From Paraspadella gotoi (Eukaryota > Animalia > Chaetognatha), in the NCBI GenBank assembly GCA_051294375.1, contig CM119268.1:21321385-21385384 (forward strand): a DNA stretch of 64,000 nt. Reading direction: 5' to 3'. Under the pieces are notes generated by a model. The model was given only the letters and a program-made list of their open reading frames with translations, was not told where the DNA came from and ran no database searches. Every line of letters starts with the position of its first letter. Position 1 is the first letter of the stretch. Of this stretch, positions 14,699-27,207 are shown piece after piece. The translations under genes were made by a program, and so were the position numbers.

Positions 14699-17176
14699 NN
14701 NNNNNNNNNNNNNNNNNNNNNNNNNNNNNNNNNNNNNNNNNNNNNNNNNNNNNNNNNNNNNNNNNNNNNNNNNNNNNNNNNNNNNNNNNNNNNNNNNNNN
14801 NNNNNNNNNNNNNNNNNNNNNNNNNNNNNNNNNNNNNNNNNNNNNNNNNNNNNNNNNNNNNNNNNNNNNNNNNNNNNNNNNNNNNNNNNNNNNNNNNNNN
14901 NNNNNNNNNNNNNNNNNNNNNNNNNNNNNNNNNNNNNNNNNNNNNNNNNNNNNNNNNNNNNNNNNNNNNNNNNNNNNNNNNNNNNNNNNNNNNNNNNNNN
15001 NNNNNNNNNNNNNNNNNNNNNNNNNNNNNNNNNNNNNNNNNNNNNNNNNNNNNNNNNNNNNNNNNNNNNNNNNNNNNNNNNNNNNNNNNNNNNNNNNNNN
15101 NNNNNNNNNNNNNNNNNNNNNNNNNNNNNNNNNNNNNNNNNNNNNNNNNNNNNNNNNNNNNNNNNNNNNNNNNNNNNNNNNNNNNNNNNNNNNNNNNNNN
15201 NNNNNNNNNNNNNNNNNNNNNNNNNNNNNNNNNNNNNNNNNNNNNNNNNNNNNNNNNNNNNNNNNNNNNGCGACGAATCCGCGTCTGCGAATCGCATCAG
15301 CCTTTGATGTCGATGGAATCGTTGTTGTCGTTGTTGTTATTGGTGCCATATTCGTTTTTGTTGTTGTAGTCGCCATCTTTTGTCTGTTTTTCTTTTTATC
15401 TGTTTTTTCTTCATTTTTAGGACAACAAACAGTGACCAATGACCAGTGACCGGTGACCAATGATCAGTGACCAATGACCAGTGACCAGTGACCAATGACC
15501 AGTGACCAATGACCAGAACCAAAGGCAAAAATATTTGGAACTAGTTTTTTTGTTACTTTTTATTTGATCCGCGAGTACTCGCGGAGCAACTCTTTTAAGT
15601 CCCTTTTCGGTCGGTCTGTCGGTCGGTCGGTTTGTCCCACTTATATAAATAATGTTTACAACTGGCCTATAGTTGGTTGCTCATTTGTTAAGACAGGAAA
15701 AATCCTCAAATCTAAGGGACTTCTAGCGCCGCCTTCAGGAAATCCTAAAAATATAAAGAATAAAAGATGATAATTCCAGCAGCGCGTTCCATAAATTCAC
15801 AGAATAAGCAAGTCAGTTCGGCGCAACACAATGGACGGATCAATATTGTTTTAACAATGAACAGCAAAAAAAAAAAAACAGAAACAAGAACAAGACAATA
15901 AAAAAAAACAGCTGCAGCTGAAGCAGAAGGTTTGAACTATACGACAGAGCAGGATTTGTTTCAATCAAACCACTTTGCCTCGATTGAAGAAAACGTCTAA
16001 AGAGAAAAGAGAATGTCATTCGCTTTTTTTAGTTTTTTTCTTTTATTTTTTTGCTTTTGTTCTTTGGGTTTTTTTTCTTTTTTTTGTGAGAAAATTCCTT
16101 TTTCTTTTTTTTTTGGTCCAATCTTGTCTTGTCGATTCTTTTTCCAAATTCCATTAGCGAATCTTTATCTCCTCAAAGAAAATCAGCCGCTTTGACTCTC
16201 AGTTCCTTAATTCCTTCCTTTCTTTGTATTTATATTATTTTTTTATTTAATTGTATCTTCGGTTGTTTGTTTCTTAGTTGGTTTTTTGTAGTTTCTTCCT
16301 TCCTTCCTTCCTTCCTTCCTTCCTTCCTTCGCTTTCTTTTCTCGCCTCTTTCCACTTCCTTCTTCCAACTTCCTTCCTTCCATCTTTCTCCTTCTTGTCG
16401 CTTCGCTTCTTTCCTTCCATTTCCTTCTTCCTTCGCTTGCTTTTCTCCCTTCTTTCGCTCCTTCCTCTTCATTCCTTCCTTCTTTTCTCCTTTCTTTTCA
16501 CCTTGCCTTTGCTTTTCTTCGCTTCCATTCCTTGCTTCTTCCCTTCCTTCCTTCCTTGCTTCCTTCCATTCCTTCTTTTCTCCTCGTTCCTTCCATTCTT
16601 CCTTCCTTCCTTCTCTTCCTTCTTTCTCCTTTTCGATTCCTTCCTTCTTCTTCTCTGTGTCACTGTCCTTCCTTCCTTCCTTCCTTCCTTCCTTCCTCCC
16701 TTCCACCCACCCACTCAAAACTCTTTCTCACAAATGTTACGTATACGATCGCAAATCCGAGAACAAAATCACGTAAAAAGGTGAATCACTTCCTGTGAAC
16801 AAAGGGGGTGTTACATCCGGATAGAATCACATCCGGGGCGTGGTCGAGGTGAAGATGAAGAGCGAATTTCCGTCACTCGATTGTGACAAAGGAGTTACTC
16901 TTGTGACAAAGGAGTCACTCTTGTGATACGGTCAGGCTGACAAAATTATCAATCAAGAAGTCAGAATTCGCCAATTCATTGAAAGAAAATTGCGATAAAA
17001 AATATCTTAAATGGTAAATGATAAATGACAATTGGCGGTTTACAAGTGGTAACCCACGCCACTTTCAGCCACTCTGCAGTGGAGGAAAACGTTTTCATCG
17101 TCGTGGTTGTTGTTATTGTTGTTGTTGTTGTTGTGACCAGATTTTCCACCCCCGCTTTATTATTTATTATTACGGC

Positions 17177-17247
<71 letters not shown>

Positions 17248-17789
17248 TCCTTCTTCCTTTCGCACCTTTTGTTCGCGAGAGAAAACAAAAGATACGAAAA
17301 CAACAAAAAACGAAAACAAAAGAAGAAAAATTATAAATTATTTGCGAAATTTATTTTATAGAATTGAGAGATAAAAAACTGGGGTGATTATCTGAAGAAA
17401 AAAATTAGGAAAAAAATATCGGTCATGTTAATCGTATCATATTTTTATTTTTAAAGTTTGAAATTGAAAAAATATCGAATTTTAATTGTATGATTTTTGA
17501 TTGTTATTTTTAATTTTAAAAAAATGTTTTTAAGATTTTAAAGTTTAAAAATGAAATTAAAAATAGGAGAAAAAAGTTTTAATCCGTATTATTTTTCATT
17601 TTTATAAACTAATAAAGTTTTTATCTAAAAAAAAAGTCCTTAATTAATAATTTTTTAGTTAAGGAATGTGTAGGCGACGATCATTGAAGTCGAAAAAAAA
17701 GGAAACAAAACAAAACAAAACAAAATAAAAAAACAGAAACCGGAAAAAACTAATCAATCAAAGAGAAGAATGGAAATCAAGTTAACGGA

Positions 17790-17898
<109 letters not shown>

Positions 17899-17991
17899 CT
17901 TTCTCGAGTGGGCGGGAAGTTGTCTTCGTCATTTTACTCTTGGAGTAATTTTCCATTTTTCTAAATTCTCCACCAAAAAAAAAAAAAGTAT

Positions 17992-18526
17992 TTCATTGTT
18001 TTGGTTCGTCTCGGCCAGCGGCAGCTGGTGACACATCGGTAGCAGCAAAGCATAAGCAGCTGAAGAGCAGCAGCAGATCAGCAGAAGCACATTTTCTGCG
18101 GATAAGGATCAGCAGTAGTATTATTAATATCATTATTATTATTTAGTTTGAGACTTTGAGACTTAGTCAATATCAATTTTAACTTACTTGAAATCAACAA
18201 TTTCTACAATCGCCTATTATTTCTCAAAATGGCAACAAATGTTCACAACAACAACAACAATAACAACAACAACGGATAAGACGGCATCAGCTAAAAAAGG
18301 AAACAAAGAGAAGAATGTCTCGACGACATCAAAAGCAGCAGGGACCCCAGGGTCGACAGCAGCAGCGTCATCAGCAGCGACCGCAGCAGTGAAAACCATC
18401 AGTGGGTAAAAGAACAGAAAGACTACGAAAACAACAACAATGATAACAACGACAACAACAGCCTTTCCGGAAGTGAGGGCGTGAGTCGACTTTCTCTCTC
18501 TCTTAGCTCTCTGGTCGTAAAAAAAA

Positions 18527-18568
<42 letters not shown>

Positions 18569-18569
18569 A

Positions 18570-18608
<39 letters not shown>

Positions 18609-18963
18609 AGAGAGTTATTGAGTTATTAAGACAGACAGTAAAAATTAAACTTGTGATAAACATTAGTGTCGAAATTAAGAAGAAAATTGAGAAAGTTTAA
18701 ACTTTAAAAAGTGAAAGACTTCCAAATAGACGGTCCTTCAACTCCCTCCCCCCTAAAAAGAAATAATGATCCAATAAATGTAAGCATAAAAACTTGTATT
18801 TTTTCTCGTTCCAAAGTTTATATCACCCTGTATTTTTCCCAGAGTCTTAACAGTCTTCATTCTTGGTCTGAATCACATTACAGGAACTGAAATTCCTCCA
18901 GGGACAAGTTTTCTCAAACACTATTTTAAGCTAGGCCTCGGAGGAGCCAGTGAGAGAGAGAGA

Positions 18964-19003
<40 letters not shown>

Positions 19004-19474
19004 AGAGGAGAGAGAGAGAGAGAGAATAGCTCTTGAACTAAGTTCAACGTCCTCCAAGTGAAAAACATATTTTTAAAANNNNNNNNNNNNNNNNNNNNNN
19101 NNNNNNNNNNNNNNNNNNNNNNNNNNNNNNNNNNNNNNNNNNNNNNNNNNNNNNNNNNNNNNNNNNNNNNNNNNNNNNNNNNNNNNNNNNNNNNNNNNNN
19201 NNNNNNNNNNNNNNNNNNNNNNNNNNNNNNNNNNNNNNNNNNNNNNNNNNNNNNNNNNTTTATCTCACTTTCACCTTTTATTTTTTTAAAAAGAAATTAT
19301 GAATTGTTTTTTTTTATTGATAATTTCGCAGATCCGTTTGAAATTTCGTTTTTTGAAATCAGAAACCAATTTTTTTTATTCGCCCACACGTTACCTTCTC
19401 TCACTCTCTCNNNNNNNNNNNNNNNNNNNNNNNNNAATGTTATAGGTTCGAAAAGTGAAAAAGTGTGGTTATGG

Positions 19475-19531
<57 letters not shown>

Positions 19532-20385
19532 AGAAGAGAGAAGAGAGAGAGAGAGAGAGAGGAGAGAAGGTAACGTGTGGGCGAATAAAAAAAATTGGTT
19601 TCTGATTTCAAAAAACGAAATTTCAAACGGATCTGCGTAAATTATCAATAAAAAAAAAACAATTCATAATTTCTTTTTAAAAAATAAAAGGTGAAAGTGA
19701 GATAAAGGAAAATAAATTCGATTGCAGGTTGCGATAGACGAAGACGACAACGACGACGAACCACACGAAAGAGGACGACGAACACGACGACGAAGAAAAT
19801 GACAACAAGAACGACTGACGAAAACGACGACGACAGAACGACGACCGACAACAAACGACGACGACGAAAACGACACGACGACGACGCTGACGATAAATGC
19901 GTTAATCGATGTTAAATATAAACATGGGTTTAGTTAAGCTGAAAAACAAATTTAGTGAAACAAAATGCAAAAATACACTATGAGAGAACACGACAAAGAC
20001 CTACGGCGACTGACAAATACTCTCCCTCTCTCTCTCTCTCTACTGGCTCCTCCGAGGCCTAGCTTAAAATAGTGTTTGAGAAAACTTGTCCCTGGAGGAA
20101 TTTTCAGTTCCTGTAATGTGATTCAGACCAAGAATGAAGACTGTTAAGACTCTGGGAAAAATACAGGGTGATATAAACTTTGGAACGAGAAAAAATACAA
20201 GTTTTTATGCTTACATTTATTGGATCATTATTTCTTTTTAGGGGGGGAGGGGTTGAAGGACCGTCTATTTGGAAGTCTTTCACTTTTTAAAGTTTAAACT
20301 TTCTCAATTTTCTTCTTAATTTCGACACTAATGTTTATCACAAGTTTAATTTTTACTGTCTGTCTTAATAACTCAATAACTCTCT

Positions 20386-20470
<85 letters not shown>

Positions 20471-21031
20471 CTCCCTCTCTCTCTCTCTGCTCTTTTTTTT
20501 TACGACCAGAGAGCTAAGAGAGAGAGAAAGTCGATCACGCCTCACTTCCGGAAAGCTGTTGTTGTCGTTGTTATCATTGTTGTTGTTTTCGTAGTCTTTC
20601 TGTTTTCTTTTACCCACTGATGGTTTTTCACTGCTGCGGTCGCTGCTGATGACGCTGCTGCTGTCGACCCTGGGGTCCCTGCTGCTTTTGATGTCGTCGA
20701 GACATTCTTCTCTTTGTTTCCTTTTTTAGCTGATGCCGTCTTATCCGTTGTTGTTGTTATTGTTGTTGTTGTTGTGAACATTTGTTGCCATTTTGAGAAA
20801 TAATAGGCGATTGTAGAAATTGTTGATTTCAAGTAAGTTAAAATTGATATTGACTAAGTCTCAAAGTTCTCAAACTAAATAATAATAATGATATTAATAA
20901 TACTACTGCTGATCCCTTATCCGCAGAAAATGTGCTTCTGCTGATCTGCTGCTGCTCTTCAGCTGCTTATGCTTTGCTGCTACCGATGTGTCACAGCTGC
21001 CGCTGGCCGAAGACGAACCAAAACCAATGAA
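17992..21031. repeat. About 3-kb inverted duplication (17992-18970 with 20020-21031; inner 19258-19410 with about 19555-19706) around a 25-N gap
   Basis: Reverse-complement identity seen directly; identical peptides appear on opposite strands in the ORF track (18188+ and 20832-). Confidence 0.92.
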
Positions 21032-21640
21032 CAAAAAAAAAGAAAAAACCAAATGAGAAAATAAAAATATAAAAAAACATATTAAAAAACGGAACTCAAT
21101 TGAAATAAAATTGAAATAAAAAATATGAAACTGGAATTTTAGGGGAAAAACAGAAAATGAAATAAGAAAATTGAATTCGTGGAACCGAAAAGAATTTGGA
21201 GGAAGGAAAAGGGAGAGTGGAGAGAAAGAGGGAGTGGGAGAGGAGAGAGGAGAGAGGAGAGGGAGTGGGAGAGTGGAGAGAGAGAGAGAGGGAGTGGGAG
21301 AGGAGAGAGGAGAGAGGGAGAGAGAAAGGGAAAGGAAGAAGGGAAAGGAGAGCGGGAGAGAGAAAGCGAAGAGAGAGCTGGAGGTAAATATAGTGAAAGA
21401 AAAAGAGATTACCTAAACTTGGCAAGAAAGCTTTGCAGTTCAAAACAGCCACAGATTATTCTTAGACTAAAATCTTCGAGTAACCTTGTCTCTCTTCAAC
21501 CTAAAAACTAAAAATTCAATTTCCAAAACTGACAAAAAGTGACGGTTAGAAAAAAAAGATGAGATTTTGAAAAAGTACATCTCAATGAAGAATCCCCAAA
21601 AAAGAAATAAAAACACAAATTAATCATAATAATTTTTTAA

Positions 21641-21739
<99 letters not shown>

Positions 21740-21771
21740 AATGATAATAACAAATATCCTCTTCTTTTCAG

Positions 21772-21882
21772 GTGGTCTTCATTCCAGTCCATCCACGGAA
21801 TTTCGTTCCCTTGGGTCAATCCCGCCAAAGAGACTTTCATGGTGACTTCGGCCTGGCTCACTCTCGCCTTCACAACAGACAG
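21772..21882 (+). CDS. Peptide GPCR exon: ECL1-TM3 up to DR
   Basis: ttttcag acceptor; RWSSFQSIHGISFPWVNPAKETFMVTSAWLTLAFTTDR resembles the FMRFaR-type 'SxWLTxAFTxxR'; donor ag|gtgagg; phases consistent. Confidence 0.92.
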
Positions 21883-22052
21883 GTGAGGAAAAGGTGGATG
21901 AGTGGATGAGTGGATGGGAACCTGCACACCTCCTTTACAGATGTATCCCCATACCATCAAATTCTAACCACTATTTCTGCACCTCTCCTTTACAGATGTA
22001 TCCCCAGCTACCATCAAACGCTAACCACACTTTCTCCACACCTCCTTTACAG

Positions 22053-22352
22053 ATGGATCGCCATTTGTCATCCTCTCCACGCCCGTCGTCTCTGCACGGT
22101 CGTTCGTGCCAAACGCGTTACGCTCCTCGTCTACGCGCTCGGGATTCTTTACTCGATCCCGCGTTTCTTCGAGTACGAGACGGTGACGATGCCCGACCGC
22201 CCGCCGCTTCTTCCTCCGCTAGGGGGCGTGGCCGGGATGGGCGTTAACTTCACGTCCGCCTTGGTCGCCAATTCGACGTTGTCGTCGTCGTCGTCGTCGT
22301 CGTCGCAGATGCGACATCAACGGCCGCTTCATTTGCAAGACGCTGCCGCCAG
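22053..22352 (+). CDS. Peptide GPCR exon: DRW-ICL2-TM4-long ECL2
   Basis: tttacag acceptor; RWIAICHPLHARRLCTVVRAKRVTLLVYALGILYSIPRFFEY... (the IAICHPL and IPRFFE motifs are typical of FMRFaR/Srw-like receptors); donor ag|gtttgt. Confidence 0.92.
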
Positions 22353-23175
22353 GTTTGTCGTCGTCTTCCTCTTTTCTTTCTTTTCATTTTAAATTTTATC
22401 GAATTCGTTTTTTATAGTATAACGAATGAAAATCTTTTTTTAAACTAAATGGCGTTTTAACGAAAAATATATGCAATGTTCACTTAGTACTTTGTTTTGC
22501 AATCATTGAAACTATAAAATTAGAAAACTAGTACGTATTTTTTTTTGTTTTTTGTTTGTTTTGATATCCGTAATATAATCGCGTTTTTACAAAAAAAACT
22601 ATAATATTTAATTATTCAATTATTCATGTACATGCATGTATTATGTTTTGCTTTAAAGTTATAAAAACAAAACCCGTTGAGCAACTTATGTTTTTCCGCC
22701 CATTTGATTCGTGACTTTGACAGATGGAGAATTCGTTTTGGGATTTATTCGGTAGCCTTTTTGATGCCCCAAACTGGGGCGGCTCGGGTAAGGTTCTGAC
22801 CTCTCCCCGAGGGGAACTCAATTTTCTGTTGGGTAATATCGCTGCTCTTTTTTGCTTTTTTTTTGAGTAGGAAACTCACGCTTTCATCTCATAGGATCAT
22901 ATAGTCTAATATAGTAAAACAAGTAATCTTGCAAATTTTACATAGTAATAAATTTATACTCCGGCTGCTGCAAGGCTCATTACTAATTATAATTATTGGA
23001 TGTAACCCTTAGATTACACACAGGATTCATTGCAGTTAATACGACAGGATTTTCCCTAGTTATTTTCGTGCGATTTGCTGTTTCACCCTGACTGTCAATT
23101 CACTGCACCTATCCTTTCTCTCATCTATATCTCCATCACACTAACTCCACCTCTTTCTCCATCCCTTCCCCCAAG

Positions 23176-23362
23176 GCCGACTTTCTACATCTCTTACAAC
23201 GTCACCGAATTCGGCAAAAACTCCATCTATCGCCAACTGTATCATTGTTGGTTCTATCTGCTTTTCAACCTGTTGATTCCCATCGTTGTCTTGGCAACCA
23301 TGAATATTTATCTCATCGACGAAGTCAGAAAATCTTGGCGACGAGGAAGAGAAGAGTTGCAG
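23176..23362 (+). CDS. Peptide GPCR exon: end of ECL2-TM5-ICL3
   Basis: cccaag acceptor; RPTFYISYNVTEFGKNSIYRQLYHCWFYLLFNLLIPIVVLATMNIYLIDEVRKSWRRGREELQ; donor cag|gtggga, phase 0. Confidence 0.92.
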
Positions 23363-23982
23363 GTGGGATAGAGATTTGTGGGTGCTTTGTAGATGCTGTG
23401 TGGGTGAGTCACCCTGTGGAGGATGTGTGGATAAGTCGCTCTGCGGATTGTGTGTAGATGATTCACTGTGTGTATGAGTTACTGAGTGGATTCTTGGTGA
23501 ATCGATATTCTTTGTGCTATGTGGTTGAGTGCATGCTTTGTGGATGAGTCACATTGCGTAGTATGCTTTGTGGAAGCTTTCACGTTGAGTCATTTTGAGG
23601 ATGATTGTGGATAATTTGTGGATAAGTGGGCGCTTTGTGAAGATCAGTTTGTGAAAACAATGAACTCCGGTGGATGCTTCTTGAATTAGTTGCAGTAAAA
23701 TTATAAATGTATATAAAGTGCATTGAAGTGTGTTAAAATTGCGCTTACAGCAAATAATATATAAAACCTATTTCCCAACCAAAATGTTTATTTCCGATTG
23801 GCCGAGAGTTGGAGTCAGCGAGGAAAAAGAGAAAAGGGAAAAGTGTTTGGAGCAGCTGAACTTCTTTGTGGATTTTCTGGGGAAATAAGAAGAAGAAAAA
23901 AAGGTCGACAAAAGGTCGAAAAGGAAGGTTATATTGCGATATATTGAGAAAATAATGCAATATAGATGGAAAATCCATGTTT

Positions 23983-24059
<77 letters not shown>

Positions 24060-24129
24060 TGGTCTTTCCGAGTCAACGACAAATAAGAGGCCGTCAAAAA
24101 TCGTCGGCCGTAATATGAGATGAGAGGAC

Positions 24130-26390
24130 GATGAGACAGAGACAGAGACAGACAATGAGACAGAAACAGACAATTAGAAAGAGACAGAGACAGACAATGA
24201 GACAGAGACAGAGACAGACAATGAGACAGAGATAGACAATGAGACAGAGACAGAGACAGACAATGAGACAGAGACAGAGACAGACAATGAGACAGAGACA
24301 GAGACAAACAATGAGTGAGAGACAGAGACAGACAATGAGACAGAGACAGAGATAGACAATGAGACAGAGACAGAGACAGACAATGAGACAGAGACAGAGA
24401 CAGACAATGAGACAGAGACAGAGATAGACAATGAGACAGAGACAGACAATGAGACAGAGACAGAGACAGACAATGAGACAGAGACAGAGACAGACAATGA
24501 GACAGAGACAGAGATAGACAATGAGACAGAGACAAAGACAGACAATGAGACAGAGACAGAGACAGACAATGAGACAGAGACAGAGATAGACAATGAGAAA
24601 GAGACAGAGACAGACAATGAGACAGAGACAAACAATGAGAAAGAGACAGAGACAAACAATGAGACAGAGACAGAGACAGACAATGAGACAGAGACAGAGA
24701 TAGACAATGAGACAGAGACAGAGACAGACAATGAGACAGAGACAGAGACAGACAATGAGACAGAGACAGAGACAGACAATGAGACAGAGACAGAGACAGA
24801 CAATGAGACAGAGACAGAGACAGACAATGAGACAGAGACAGAGACAGACAATGAGTCAGAGACAGAGACAGACAATGAGACAGAGACAGAGATAGACAAT
24901 GAGACAGAGACAGAGACAGACAATGAGACAGAGACAGACAATGAGACAGAGACAGAGATAGACAATGAGACAGAGACAGAGACAGACAATGAGACAGAGA
25001 CAGAGATAGACAATGAGACAGAGACAGAGACAGACAATGAGACAGAGACAGAGACAGACAATGAGACAGAGACAGAGATAGACAATGAGACAGAGACAGA
25101 GACAGACAATGAGACAGAGACAGAGACAAACAATGAGAAAGAGACAGAGACAAACAATGAGACAGAGACAGAGACAAACAATGAGACAGAGACAGAGACA
25201 GACAATGAGACAGAGACAGAGATAGACCATGAGACAGAGACAGAGACAGACAATGAGACAGAGACCGAGACAAACAATGAGAAAGAGACAGATACAAACA
25301 ATGAGACAGAGACAGAGACAAACAATGAGACAGAGACAGAGATAGACAATGAGACAGAGACAAAGACAGACAATGAGACAGAGACAGAGACAGACAATGA
25401 GACAGAGACAGAGATAGACAATGAGACAGAGACAGAGACAGACAATGAGACAGAGACAGAGACAAACAATGAGACAGAGACAGAGACAAATAATTGAGAC
25501 AGAGACAGACAATGAGACAGAGACAGAGACAGACAATGAGACAGAGACAGAGACAGACAATGAGACAGAGACAGAGACAAACAATGAAAAGAGACAGAGA
25601 CAAACAATGAGACAGAGACAGAGACAAACAATGAGACAGAGACAGAGACAGACAATGAGACAGAGACAGAGACAGACAATGAGACAGAGACAGAGACTGA
25701 CAATGATACAACGACGAATGAACGAGATGAACAAATGAGACTAACGAATGCATGAGAGAACGACGAACGAATGAGAGACAAACGAATGAGACAAACGAAT
25801 GAATGAGTCAAAAGACGAGACAGACGATGAAGAGAACGACGAACGAATGAGACAAACAATGACTGAGAGAACGACGAACAAATGAGACAAATGAACAAAT
25901 GAGAGAACATCGAGACAGAACGATGCGAGAACGACTCAATGAATGAGACAAACAAATGAGACAAACAAATTAATGAGAAAACAATGAACGAATCAGACAA
26001 ACAAATGAGGCTAACGAATAAATTAGGAGATCAACGAACGAATGAGATGAACGCATGAGTCGAACGGAATGAATGAGACAAACGACGAGACAGATTGATG
26101 AACGAATGAAACTAACGAATGAGACGAACATATCAATGAAAGAACGATGAACGAATGAGACGAACGAATGAATTGGAGAACGATGAACGAATGAACGAAG
26201 GAATGAAAGGGAGAACGATGAACGAATGAGACGAAGGAATGAAAGGGAGAACGATGAACGAATAAGACGAAGGAATGGAAAGGGAGAACGATGAACGAAT
26301 GAGACGAAGGAATGAAAGGAGAACGATGAACGAATGAGACGAAAGAATGAATGGGAGAACGCGAGACAGAGGATGAAGAGAGAGGACAAT
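24130..26390. repeat. 24-bp satellite (gagacagagacagagacagacaat)n grading into (aacgaatgagac)-type repeats; second copy at about 30640-32895
   Basis: Direct reading; source of the 500-660 aa SLSH/SVSV pseudo-ORFs. Confidence 0.97.
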
Positions 26391-26583
26391 GAACTTTCGA
26401 TCCTCCAACTTCGAGTTTATGACGGTCGCGTTATTCTTTATTTATTCAAAAGTTACTCCACATTTTCCTTATTATATTCCCTTATCTATAGAAAACTTTT
26501 TTTTCTCTCTTTTTTTTTTAGTTTTTCTTTTCCTTTTCTTTCTTATAGGTTTTTTATTATCTATATTCGTGACTTTCTTTCTC

Positions 26584-26658
<75 letters not shown>

Positions 26659-27207
26659 TTTCTTTCTTACTTTCTTTCTTTCATACATTAATTCATTCTT
26701 TCTTTCTTTTCTCTTCTTTTTTGTTTTTATTTTGTGGTTTTTATCTCAGTTTCTCTCTTTCTTATTTCTCATTAATTAATTTCTAAATCCATCTCTTTAT
26801 TTCATATCATTCGTTTCTTCCCCCTCTGACTCTTTCTATCAGACTATCTTCTTTCTCCTCTATAAGTTATTCCCCTGAAATCTTTCTCCCGTCTCCGAAG
26901 ACCAGGTCACCGTAATCTCAAATTCGCGCGTTCCGATTCTCGCTTCAGATGTAATTTATTGAACAATCAACTGACCTTTAAATAAATCAAAGACTCTTTT
27001 GTTTGAAAAAAGATTTATAACATAAACTTTATGATAAAGATTGAAATAAAAATAATATAATACAATCGCTGGAAATTAACAAGGTACAGGAAAATGTTTT
27101 TGTTTCGACGATTAAAAAGTCTGGTTGTTGTTGTTGTCTTTTTCGTCCATTGGCGGTCGTGCGGTCGGGATTCGAACCCCGCGACTCCAATGGCCATAAT
27201 TCAGGCG

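Noticed and set aside
14476-15460. ORFs of 258-273 aa (also 19058 and 52074)
   Set aside because: Open only because they cross N gaps.
18188-18409. Thr/Ala-rich ORF in the inverted duplication
   Set aside because: Low complexity (aac/gca repeats), no recognisable domain and no linked exons.
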